From: a virus
Taxonomy: Duplodnaviria; Caudoviricetes
Length of the DNA: 46,086 bases
Virus record (IMG/VR): IMGVR_UViG_3300037311_000080
Span: 1 to 46,086 of that record
Strand: one strand, 5' to 3'
In this document: in pieces, positions 9,047 through 17,655 of the stretch
Layout: each line of letters starts with the position of its first letter
How positions within the stretch are numbered: the first letter of the stretch is position 1
Position numbers and translations under genes: made by a program
Notes under the pieces: generated by a model
What the model was told of the DNA's origin: nothing
Databases searched by the model: none
Seen by the model: the letters and a program-made list of their open reading frames with translations, nothing else

Positions 9047-9718
9047 TTAAAGTTCTTTTAGAACTAATTGTTTAAATTCTTCGGTCAAAACTGCGTCGGT
9101 CGGAAGGTTTTCTATTTCTTCCTTTACCGCATCTAGCGACCCTACGTGCGCAAGGATAATCAAGTCTTGCATAGCCTTTACATACGCTTTTCGTTGCGCA
9201 GTCGTGAGCTTTTTAGACTTAATAACACCCGCTACAAGAGCAATGATTCGTCGGCCTTTTTCCATGTCGACGTAGCCTTGGTCGGTTTTGCTATCCAAAC
9301 TTTGTTTTTCTTGCTTCGCTGCGATTTTGTCTTCGTCGTTTACAAAGCCGTCTTTTTTATGAAAGCCGTCTTGTTTCGCGCAATAAACTTCCGTGTAGTT
9401 TTCGTTAATGACTGCAAAGTCGCCGGCGTCGCAAGTTTGGTCTTGGAGTTTGGTTTTGCAATCCGCTTGGTCGGCGCAAGAAATGAGTTTGTCTTTAATA
9501 AACTTCGGGCGAAGCGTGTCGTCAACTTCGACGGTTTTTACTTCGTCAAGTTTAACGCCCGTAATGTCTTCGCACGGGCCTAATTGTTCGCACTCCGATT
9601 TCTCCGCAAAAACTTTTTTTATGTCTTGCGCTTTTATTTCTGAAAGCGGCGCCCAATTGCCTGCAAAAGCTAAATGACATCCGTGGCCTAATAAAAACAA
9701 CCCTAATAATTTTTTCAT
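9047..9718 (-). CDS. Signal-peptide-bearing, Cys-rich protein; putative fibre chaperone
   Basis: MKKLLGLFLLGHGCHLAFA|G signal peptide with AxA site; 6 Cys in the mature part; AGGGG RBS. Confidence 0.6.
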   Translation of the reverse strand: MKKLLGLFLLGHGCHLAFAGNWAPLSEIKAQDIKKVFAEKSECEQLGPCEDITGVKLDEVKTVEVDDTLRPKFIKDKLISCADQADCKTKLQDQTCDAGDFAVINENYTEVYCAKQDGFHKKDGFVNDEDKIAAKQEKQSLDSKTDQGYVDMEKGRRIIALVAGVIKSKKLTTAQRKAYVKAMQDLIILAHVGSLDAVKEEIENLPTDAVLTEEFKQLVLKEL

Positions 9719-9727
9719 AAATACCCC

Positions 9728-11893
9728 TTAGTTTCCTTCACATCTAATAAAAAATCCTACGTCGGTCGCAGTTCCGTTTAATTGTTGATAAACGTTTCCG
9801 CCCGTGCCGCTAACCCCGCTCAATGAACACCCGGTATCTGTAGTCGCGCCATTATCGGGGCTACAAATACAAACAGTATTATTTGTAGCAAAAAGGCCGG
9901 GGACAAAAGTAAGGCCGGCAATACCTACCGCAGTATCCGCAATAGATTGAATCAACCCATTGTTACGGCTAATAATCGGCGTGCCGCCGGAATAAATTAC
10001 AAGCGCACTTGCCGACTTAATGCCCGAAGTAGCCGCCGTAACTTTTGAATTTAAAGTATTTTGCAGATCGGTAAACACCGGCGAGGGGAATTGATTGGAA
10101 ATAGGAATTACCGTTATGTGAAAATCCCTTTCGGCAACGTTCGTAGATTGGTCGGTAATTAAAACGTTACCGGCAATCGTACCACTAATGAATTGTTCGT
10201 ACATAACCCGTAAAGTTTTTTTGCCCGCAGTCGCAAATTTTAAAACCCCGCACACAGTATGCGGAAACCCGTTCGCAACCGAAGCCGCCGTAGAAATTTC
10301 CGACGAAACTTTTTGATTTGCGGATTGCAAAACCGTTTGGTTACTATTGCCAGTTTCGACCAATACAAAACCCGCCGAAACCGTCCCGTTATTTACCGTA
10401 GCGTTATGGGAAAACTTTGCGCACGCAAAAACATTTCCCGCTTGCGGTAAATCGAAAGTCACTCCAATAGATTCATTTCCGGCGGCGCATGATAGTCCGG
10501 TAGACGGGTTAGTCGAAGAACAAGGAATAGTCGCCGGCAAAGACCCCGTATTAACTGTCATAGTTAAAGCGGAACTTGTAATTTCGGTTAAAGTTGAAAT
10601 CGACGACGCCCCTAAAGACGGGCTTGTCCCTCCAATATTTGCGTCAATAAACCAGCTGCTTGTTTCCATAGTTAAGGCGTTGTTGGCATTTAACGGATAA
10701 TATTTTACAACCCATTGAACCGTAGCAACCGAACATAAAAACGCTGCGGCGCCTAGTCTACGCGCTTGAATATGAAATGTTTTATTTGTTTGGTTAGTGC
10801 TAAAAGAATAAACCGCATGGACGGTGTTTTCGTCGTCTCCTGTTTGTTCCGCATCGGCAACCGCCCTAATCGTTTGTCCGTACATTTGCCCAACGTCGCC
10901 TTCGCTAGTCCCGTCGTAAATTCTTGATTGGCAAACATTTGAACCGGACCCTGACGGGTTTTGCAAATTCAAATTATGAATAGCAATGATTTCGTATTTT
11001 CCCGCAGGCGCATTAGCTAAAACTATCGAAACATCATTTCCCGAACCCGCTGAAACTTTCCCGTTATAAGTCGCAATAATGGCGGAATTGTAAACCATGT
11101 TTACAAAACTCGCGGACGTAGTCTGCGCCGGAGTAGAAGTCGGCGACATAACCGCTTGACCGAAAACTTCCGCTTGCGAAACTTGTAAACCGTTTAGACC
11201 GTAACCAATGAAAGCATTATCCAATTTTAAAGCCGCGCTTGCTGCGGTTGAAGTAATTCTAATTTTAAATTGAGTAGCCGCGTCGCACTCAAACAATGGC
11301 AATTGCGCTTGTATCGATTGCGTTGCCGTTGTTACTACTAAATCAACCGGCCCCGCGATTAACGCGTTAGTTTGGTCTAAAACGCGAACATTTAATTGCC
11401 CCGCAGTACCTTGCCAATTGTATTCAAAGGTTGCGCTACAAGTGCGTCCGCCTGCGCCTAGTTGTTTTGTAATTAAAGACGAATCGAGTGTTTGACCCGT
11501 TGCACTTGCCGTAAATAAACCCGATTGCGCGCCCGCAATTGGCGTAGAAGACGACGCAATAAAAGTTCCGCCGACGTTTGTCCAACCGGTTGCGCCTGCT
11601 TCAAAATCACCGTTTAAGTCTTGAAGGTAATTCACGCCGCTTGCGCCGCCCGAACCGCTTCCGATTGCTTTGTAGTTTGTTCCGTCGTTTGTAAATTCTA
11701 GTTTTGTCGACGACGTATTCAAACGCACCGAAGGCGGCGTCGCTGTTCCGTTATCAAAAACCAATTCTTTATTTGCACCGGACGTCGGATTACCGACTTT
11801 CAATTTATCGTCTGTAATTTTCGCGCCCATTGCTAGCCCGCTGAAAATTAACAGCGCGGTAACAAGTGCCGTTCTTTTCATGTTGAATTTCAT
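9728..11893 (-). CDS. Tail fibre / receptor-binding protein-like (721 aa) with N-terminal signal peptide
   Basis: Tail-fibre gene position; S/T/G/A-rich beta composition; NGDFE..GW carbohydrate-binding-module-like motif; MKRTALVTALLIFSGLAMG|A leader; 12 Cys. Confidence 0.7.
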   Translation of the reverse strand: MKFNMKRTALVTALLIFSGLAMGAKITDDKLKVGNPTSGANKELVFDNGTATPPSVRLNTSSTKLEFTNDGTNYKAIGSGSGGASGVNYLQDLNGDFEAGATGWTNVGGTFIASSSTPIAGAQSGLFTASATGQTLDSSLITKQLGAGGRTCSATFEYNWQGTAGQLNVRVLDQTNALIAGPVDLVVTTATQSIQAQLPLFECDAATQFKIRITSTAASAALKLDNAFIGYGLNGLQVSQAEVFGQAVMSPTSTPAQTTSASFVNMVYNSAIIATYNGKVSAGSGNDVSIVLANAPAGKYEIIAIHNLNLQNPSGSGSNVCQSRIYDGTSEGDVGQMYGQTIRAVADAEQTGDDENTVHAVYSFSTNQTNKTFHIQARRLGAAAFLCSVATVQWVVKYYPLNANNALTMETSSWFIDANIGGTSPSLGASSISTLTEITSSALTMTVNTGSLPATIPCSSTNPSTGLSCAAGNESIGVTFDLPQAGNVFACAKFSHNATVNNGTVSAGFVLVETGNSNQTVLQSANQKVSSEISTAASVANGFPHTVCGVLKFATAGKKTLRVMYEQFISGTIAGNVLITDQSTNVAERDFHITVIPISNQFPSPVFTDLQNTLNSKVTAATSGIKSASALVIYSGGTPIISRNNGLIQSIADTAVGIAGLTFVPGLFATNNTVCICSPDNGATTDTGCSLSGVSGTGGNVYQQLNGTATDVGFFIRCEGN

Positions 11894-11907
11894 AGCTGCT
11901 TCCCCTT

Positions 11908-12483
11908 TTAGTTTTTAATTAATTTTATGTCGGTTATTAAACATTGTCCCGCATAACTACCGCCGGTCAAGTTACTACTTGTATATTGCAGTTTAAAGTT
12001 ATTTCCCGAAACCAAAGTTATAATAAAATCAACGTCGGCGTCGTCATGCAATGAAGTTACGACAACCGGTGTCCATGCTGCGGTAATGGAATTATAAGTA
12101 CAAACAGCGCGGCCCGTTTCGACAACGTTCCCGCTAACTGTAGAGCGTTCAATTGTAAATAAAAACTCAAACGCTTTAACTTCTGTTCGGTTTATAATCG
12201 GAAAATTTGTTACATCGGCGGCAATCGTTTGATTGTTCGCAATCGCTTGCGTTACTTTTACGCCGCCGCGTTTTATCAATTCAATTATGCCCGCAAATAA
12301 TTGGTCGCGCGTGTCCGTAGCCGATGTTAAAAGCGTTTGACCCGATTCTAAAACTACTTTTACGACTTCTTCTTGAAGTGCGTTCATTATCGCCGCGCTA
12401 ACTATAGTCGCGGGAATGCTTAACGCTGCGTTGCCTTCCGTAAAAAGGTTGCTAGCGTTTCCGTTGCTGTCAATTCTATGCAT
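11908..12483 (-). CDS. Short tail-fibre anchor/adaptor (Mu-like baseplate-attachment N-terminus)
   Basis: MHRID..FTEGN...PAT.V.A..MNALQEE matches fibre N-termini of Mu-like tails; only 191 aa. Confidence 0.75.
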   Translation of the reverse strand: MHRIDSNGNASNLFTEGNAALSIPATIVSAAIMNALQEEVVKVVLESGQTLLTSATDTRDQLFAGIIELIKRGGVKVTQAIANNQTIAADVTNFPIINRTEVKAFEFLFTIERSTVSGNVVETGRAVCTYNSITAAWTPVVVTSLHDDADVDFIITLVSGNNFKLQYTSSNLTGGSYAGQCLITDIKLIKN

Positions 12484-12516
12484 GATTCCCCCTCAAAATT
12501 TTATTATGTCACCATT

Positions 12517-13155
12517 CTATTCATACGAAAACAAGACCGTCGTATGCGCCGGTTTATATTTTTCTATGACGCATTCCAATGTAGTATTTTCGACCAAAAC
12601 AAGCCGTTCGCCGACGGTCGATTGCCCGACTCTAAAATAACGTACAAAGTCTTCAATCGGTGCCTTGATTCTAAAAGCAAAAGCCCAACCCGCGGGGCCG
12701 GTCGTTCCGTTTGGAAGTGTTGAGTTTGTCAACGCTTCCCCTACGCGCGAAATACCTACGCGAAAATCGCGGAAATTTTCAACGTCTAAAACGTCTATGT
12801 CGTAGCCTAATTGCTGCGCAATCAACCGGTAGAAGCCGTCATTTTGTCCGCCGCCGGTTGTTAATTTTTGTAGCACGCGCACGCGACGTTCAAAAATACT
12901 AGGGTCGCCGGGCGGGGAACATTCGTCGGGAATATTTAAAAGACGTTCCCAATTTTCTAACATTTCAAACGTGGTATTGGGGTCCATTTCGTCTAAAAAT
13001 TTATGGCCGCGTTCTTCAATTCGACACGGTTCTTCGGCGATTGAATTTACTAAAGCGTCAATAATCGACGGGCGCGATTGAAACCACGCAAAACCGCGCG
13101 GAAAATGCTTCTGTAAAAAATCAACATAGTTCTGCTTTACGGTAGCGTTGCCCAT
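12517..13155 (-). CDS. Baseplate wedge protein, Mu gp48/YmfQ-like
   Basis: PRGFAW, LENWERLLNIPD, LECVIEKYKPAHT motifs; follows the J-like gene. Confidence 0.9.
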   Translation of the reverse strand: MGNATVKQNYVDFLQKHFPRGFAWFQSRPSIIDALVNSIAEEPCRIEERGHKFLDEMDPNTTFEMLENWERLLNIPDECSPPGDPSIFERRVRVLQKLTTGGGQNDGFYRLIAQQLGYDIDVLDVENFRDFRVGISRVGEALTNSTLPNGTTGPAGWAFAFRIKAPIEDFVRYFRVGQSTVGERLVLVENTTLECVIEKYKPAHTTVLFSYE

Positions 13156-14237
13156 GTAATTGTCCCTAATGTTATAAGTTGACCGGTAGCGGGCGTAATG
13201 TCCGCCGGCGCGACCGCATTGATTAAAGTTATTAAATGGTCTTCTTCCCCGATTGCGATTGATATAGCCTCATTTAAACGCGACAAAAGAATTTTCCCGT
13301 CAAACAATTCGCCCGGTGCTTTGTACGCGCCGGCAAGTGACGCTTCCCTAAAAATCAAGTCGCGTAATTCTTGCGTAATTGCGTTTTGCGTTGCCGTGTT
13401 GTTTGGCTTAATTGAAATCGACATATTAAGCGGTAAAAGCGTTGGGCCGACTACCGTCACGTTCGCCGTGACTGGACGACGTTCGTCGATATAATCAAAA
13501 ACTTCCGTAATTTTTGCAGGCGTTGGAGTAATCGGATTTTCGTCATCGGTTACAATGTAAACGACAACCGTGCCCGGTCCTAATGCCTGCGGGCCAACCC
13601 ATGCGCGCGTAATGCCGGCGACTTCCCTTGCCCATTGAATATAATCGGTCGCAGCGCCGCCCGACGGCGGGTTTTGAATTCGATCTAAAAGACGCGCACG
13701 TAATGAGTCGTCGCCTTCGGTGTCTTCGGGTTCAATAATAATAACCGTAACCGTCGCTTGCGAAGTTAACCCCGCAATTGGGGAAACAATTGTTAGAACG
13801 TCACTCACGTTTACTTCCCCATTTGCGCCCGCGATAACTGCGGTCATATTCACGGGCGTCGGGCTTCCGGTTAAAGTAACCGCGGCATCGGTTGTATATT
13901 CTACGCCGTCACTTCTTCGAAAAATTGTTCCTACCGGAACGTTAACGCCGGCGGTGCCGGTTAAGTTCATAGTGAATTGCGAAAACGTTGCGGCCTTCCG
14001 AACAACGCCCCATATACCCGCCCAACGCTCTAAATATTCGTCGGTTGCCGTATCGGGAAACGCTTGTTTTTCAATGAACGCAAGGAACCCAAACAATACG
14101 TGCGCAAGTCCCGCTAGTACGCGCGAAAGGACACCCAAAAATGAGCGGCGCAAAACCGTTACAAGGCCCAATCCGCTTTTAAAATCGTTTTCAATTCGAG
14201 TAATTAATTCTTGTAATGTCGGTCGTGTAAATGCCAT
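13137..14237 (-). CDS. Baseplate J-like protein, Mu gp47-like
   Basis: FTRPTL, FPDTATDEYLE, E.DDSLRARLL, GG...DY..WA, GPGTV motifs. Confidence 0.93.
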   Translation of the reverse strand: MAFTRPTLQELITRIENDFKSGLGLVTVLRRSFLGVLSRVLAGLAHVLFGFLAFIEKQAFPDTATDEYLERWAGIWGVVRKAATFSQFTMNLTGTAGVNVPVGTIFRRSDGVEYTTDAAVTLTGSPTPVNMTAVIAGANGEVNVSDVLTIVSPIAGLTSQATVTVIIIEPEDTEGDDSLRARLLDRIQNPPSGGAATDYIQWAREVAGITRAWVGPQALGPGTVVVYIVTDDENPITPTPAKITEVFDYIDERRPVTANVTVVGPTLLPLNMSISIKPNNTATQNAITQELRDLIFREASLAGAYKAPGELFDGKILLSRLNEAISIAIGEEDHLITLINAVAPADITPATGQLITLGTITWATLP

Positions 14238-14238
14238 T

Positions 14239-14691
14239 TTATGCCGCCTTCAATTGCTGTTTATCCCAAACAAGGGCGAAGCGCGAACTTCGTCCTAATG
14301 GTTTTTCTATAACTATGGTTCCGACTAAATAAAAACTTTCGTCATAAACCGCCGTCACTTTTACCGCCGATGCTACGCCGTCTTCAACTAACCATTGTAA
14401 CGCTTCTTTACAATAGTCTTCAAAGAGTCGTAGCGTTGCCGTCGTGCGTTTGGCCCTTCGTAGTAGCCAAAGGCGCGACCCGATTTTGTCTTGGTCTACT
14501 TCGGGGAACATATCGCCCCACCAACCCATTTTATCTTTTTGACCTTTCGGTAGTTCTTCGTCCGTAACTCTGCGGTCTGTAAATAGCGAAATAGATACCG
14601 CCGTTTCAAGCGTATCGTCTAAAACTAAATCGCCGTTTTCTAACTTCAAGTCGTAACAATTATTTACAATAAATAAACCAACGTCACTCAT
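14239..14691 (-). CDS. Baseplate protein, Mu gp46-like
   Basis: SLFTDRR, GWWGD, GSRLWLL, EALQWLVEDG; start moved to ATG 14691 behind an AGGGG RBS. Confidence 0.9.
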   Translation of the reverse strand: MSDVGLFIVNNCYDLKLENGDLVLDDTLETAVSISLFTDRRVTDEELPKGQKDKMGWWGDMFPEVDQDKIGSRLWLLRRAKRTTATLRLFEDYCKEALQWLVEDGVASAVKVTAVYDESFYLVGTIVIEKPLGRSSRFALVWDKQQLKAA

Positions 14692-14701
14692 AAAAACCCC
14701 T

Positions 14702-15376
14702 TTAAACCGGATTGTTCGTAGGTCCGGTGTTCGGCGTTCCCGCCGGATGCGTATGCGCATTATACGCGCTTCTAAGCGCAGCAACGGAACCCGTAGGGTC
14801 GGCAACGACGCCCCCTAAAATTGTTCCCGTTGAAGACACGCCGCCCGGTGCCGTTACCGGTCCCGTCAACGTAGAAGCGCCCGTCACGGCAAGCGTCGAT
14901 TGCATTGTAACTGCGCCCGTCACTTCAAGCGTTCCTAAAATTTTAACGTTGCCGGTAAATTCCGCGTCGGGCGCATCGACTTTCACTTTCGTCGCCGTTT
15001 TAATTTCTACTTGTCCGTTCTTTTTTAAATGAATATAGGTTCCGTCGTCCGTGTAAATGGCGCTCTCGCCTTCGGCTAAATTTTTAAAACGAACCGTGCG
15101 GTTTTCGGTTGCAATAATCGCAAGGTTTTCACGGTTGCCGCCTAATGCAACGACAATACATTCGGAATTTTTAGGCGCGCGGGAAGCAAAACCAAAATGA
15201 CCTAAATGCGGTACTTTTTCCATTGTCTCGCCGGCGAGTACCGACGTTTGAATTTCTTGAATAGGTTTTGCGTCGTCGGTTGATTTAATAATCCCGCGGC
15301 CAATCATTAACAAAATTCTTTGTTTCATAGGATGCGTAGCGCGCTGAAAAAATGAAATAATGTCGTTAGCCTTCAC
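14702..15376 (-). CDS. Baseplate spike, Mu gp45 / gpV-like
   Basis: FGFASR.P, LGGNR, LAEGESAIY, C-terminal HTH metal-binding motif (AHTHP). Confidence 0.9.
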   Translation of the reverse strand: MKANDIISFFQRATHPMKQRILLMIGRGIIKSTDDAKPIQEIQTSVLAGETMEKVPHLGHFGFASRAPKNSECIVVALGGNRENLAIIATENRTVRFKNLAEGESAIYTDDGTYIHLKKNGQVEIKTATKVKVDAPDAEFTGNVKILGTLEVTGAVTMQSTLAVTGASTLTGPVTAPGGVSSTGTILGGVVADPTGSVAALRSAYNAHTHPAGTPNTGPTNNPV

Positions 15377-16469
15377 GGTTAAACCCTTCTTTTAGCCAAC
15401 CTACGGCGCCTTCTTTTTTCTGTTCTGGTTTAAAATCAAAAGCGGACACCGGACATAAAGTCAAAACACTACGAGTGCCGGCCCCTTTTTGAAACGCAAT
15501 TTTTTTAATCATTAAATCGCGGCGAACTCCAAGGAAGCCAATATCGCAAGCGACTATCTGGTTAACATCCCAAAGAGTGCCGTCGGCTTGGAAGAACCCT
15601 TGCACTTCAACTTCTACATTAATGGAACGCGCACGACGCACGCTTGCTTCATAGCTTGCCCGGTTGGCACTTGTTCCGTCGTCGCTTGTTCCTTCCGGTA
15701 CAATAACAAACGGTCTAAAACGACTAACGCCCGCGTCTTTGGCGCTTCCGGTTGCGGCGGTACTTTGCCCAACGTCGCCCAAAAACGAAAGGTTTTGCCC
15801 TTTAACGGTGTACTCGGAAAAACGGTCCGTGTAGTCATAGGACGCATTGCCTGTTTGTACGTTAACGCCTTGACGTAATTCAGTCTTCGAACGCTTCCCG
15901 CCCGCGCGCGTGAAAATTAAATTTCCTTCGGCGTCGGGATAAATAATAAGTTTTCTTTGACGGGCAAGACGGTCGATTAATGCGAACACGGTTTCGCCTT
16001 GCTGTATTGTAATTTTATCAAACGGGGCGCCGGCATTGACAAAGAAAAGCGGGCGCACTCGAAACGGCGGAAAAAGTTTTTCGGCAATTTCTTTTAACGT
16101 CAAGCCACTATATTCATTTGCGCCGGTTACGGAACAATCCACTAAATCGCAAGTTCGGGACCGGCCCGAAATAACAAAACGCCGACTATTACTAGCCATA
16201 GATAAATCAAGTTTTTCGACGTAGCCCGTGCATAAACTTTTTTTCCCTACGTGTAAATGAATTGCGTCGCCGGCTTGAACAAATAAATTTTTTCGCTGTT
16301 CACGGGATTGATCTACAAGCTGCAAAGAAAATTCGCTAGCGGCGGAATTAATTTCTTTTGTAAAAGAAAAGTCTTCCCAACCTTCGACGACTTTACCGTT
16401 AACAAACAACGTAACCGCGTCGGGTATTTTCTGCGTCTTTTCATATAAATTAGGCGCCTGTTCCGACAT
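15366..16469 (-). CDS. Baseplate hub, Mu gp44 (gpP)-like
   Basis: GRSRTCDLVDCS, GETVF, RFSEY.VKGQ, RFRP motifs. Confidence 0.9.
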   Translation of the reverse strand: MSEQAPNLYEKTQKIPDAVTLFVNGKVVEGWEDFSFTKEINSAASEFSLQLVDQSREQRKNLFVQAGDAIHLHVGKKSLCTGYVEKLDLSMASNSRRFVISGRSRTCDLVDCSVTGANEYSGLTLKEIAEKLFPPFRVRPLFFVNAGAPFDKITIQQGETVFALIDRLARQRKLIIYPDAEGNLIFTRAGGKRSKTELRQGVNVQTGNASYDYTDRFSEYTVKGQNLSFLGDVGQSTAATGSAKDAGVSRFRPFVIVPEGTSDDGTSANRASYEASVRRARSINVEVEVQGFFQADGTLWDVNQIVACDIGFLGVRRDLMIKKIAFQKGAGTRSVLTLCPVSAFDFKPEQKKEGAVGWLKEGFNREG

Positions 16470-17655
16470 CTATTACTTCCAATTGGCTTCCGCCGACAAT
16501 AAAACCTGGATGCGGAATATTATTCCGTAAAACTAAATCAGGTTCGACGTTAGGGTTTTCAAATAAATCATACGCTAAAATTAAACTTGAAGTTGTATTT
16601 TCGGGAACGATTGTTTGAACGTTTGGAAGGTCCGAATCGACGTCGGGTAGAAGGCGCGTAACTTGCGCGTTTAAATCTTTTAAAGATTGAAATACGTCGT
16701 CGTCTTTTGTAATAAACAATTCGTTTTCTATAAGGTCACGCACTTGCGCGCGGGCGTTTGTCGCTTCGTTAATGGATTCATATTCGATCTCGGTTGTCAC
16801 CGCTGCGGAACTAGCAATAACCGTTTGGCGAATAAACTGATTAAATACGTCGCGGTTTTCAATTTCTTTTAATCGCGTCGGAGTGCTAACCAAAATCGGT
16901 TCGTCGGTTTCTCCAAAGTTAAAAAACGCGGAATAGGCTTGGAACTTCCCGCGCGAAACTCCGACCGCGTCTTCAAGAAGCGAAAGGGAATCCCGCAGGC
17001 GTTGACTTAATACACTTGGAGATTGCAGCAAAGTATCAGTTTCCGCCCGCAGGTTCCGAATATTAAAAGCTAAATTTGCAATTTCGTCCGCGTTTGTACG
17101 AACGTCTTTAGTCGCTTCAGCAAAACGGTCGGCGAATTCCGCAACCTTTTTGCGCGCACTATCAACCGCAAAACCCGGAAGTTTTGAAACGGAAAAGATA
17201 CGATCAAAAGCTGATTTCGAAGTCTCTTTTACAACTTCGGATTTTTCGACAACGGCGGCGCCTTTGTCGTCGATAACAGTCGGAAAACGATTGTCACCGG
17301 CTTCGTAAAATTGAAAACTAATTTTGGCGATACCGCCTTCGCGCGTGTCTTCGTCTATAGACACCGCACTACATTGAACTTGTAACGTGCCAAAATACGG
17401 ATGTATTAACTCGCCGGGTCCGAATTTTTCAGACGCTTCAATCAATAGGCGTTTTGTTTCAAAATAATCGTCACCTAAAATATGCCCTTCGACTTTAAAC
17501 GAGCGGCCAACGCGCCCCATATCTTCGGCAAAAGGCAAGTCGCGGTCGGGAAATTCATGCAATGTGACTCGGCGACCGGTTGTAAATTGCGAAATATCAA
17601 CGAAAAAATTGACCCCTCTAAAACTAGCTTGTCGTAATTGGTCACGCCATGCCAT
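16450..17655 (-). CDS. Mu gpN-like (DNA circularisation family) tail protein
   Basis: WRDQLRQASFRGV.F, HEFP.RD, GPGELIHPYFG, NNIPHPGF. Confidence 0.92.
   Translation of the reverse strand: MAWRDQLRQASFRGVNFFVDISQFTTGRRVTLHEFPDRDLPFAEDMGRVGRSFKVEGHILGDDYFETKRLLIEASEKFGPGELIHPYFGTLQVQCSAVSIDEDTREGGIAKISFQFYEAGDNRFPTVIDDKGAAVVEKSEVVKETSKSAFDRIFSVSKLPGFAVDSARKKVAEFADRFAEATKDVRTNADEIANLAFNIRNLRAETDTLLQSPSVLSQRLRDSLSLLEDAVGVSRGKFQAYSAFFNFGETDEPILVSTPTRLKEIENRDVFNQFIRQTVIASSAAVTTEIEYESINEATNARAQVRDLIENELFITKDDDVFQSLKDLNAQVTRLLPDVDSDLPNVQTIVPENTTSSLILAYDLFENPNVEPDLVLRNNIPHPGFIVGGSQLEVIDVGTGA

Noticed and set aside
9728-12483. Diversity-generating retroelement or invertible fibre cassette
   Set aside because: No reverse transcriptase or invertase, and no template/variable repeat pair or inverted repeats seen
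16450-17655. Mu-like transposable lifestyle suggested by the gpN-like gene and Mu-type tail
   Set aside because: No transposase A/B, no Mu-type ends; packaging is lambda-like and replication is polymerase/primase based
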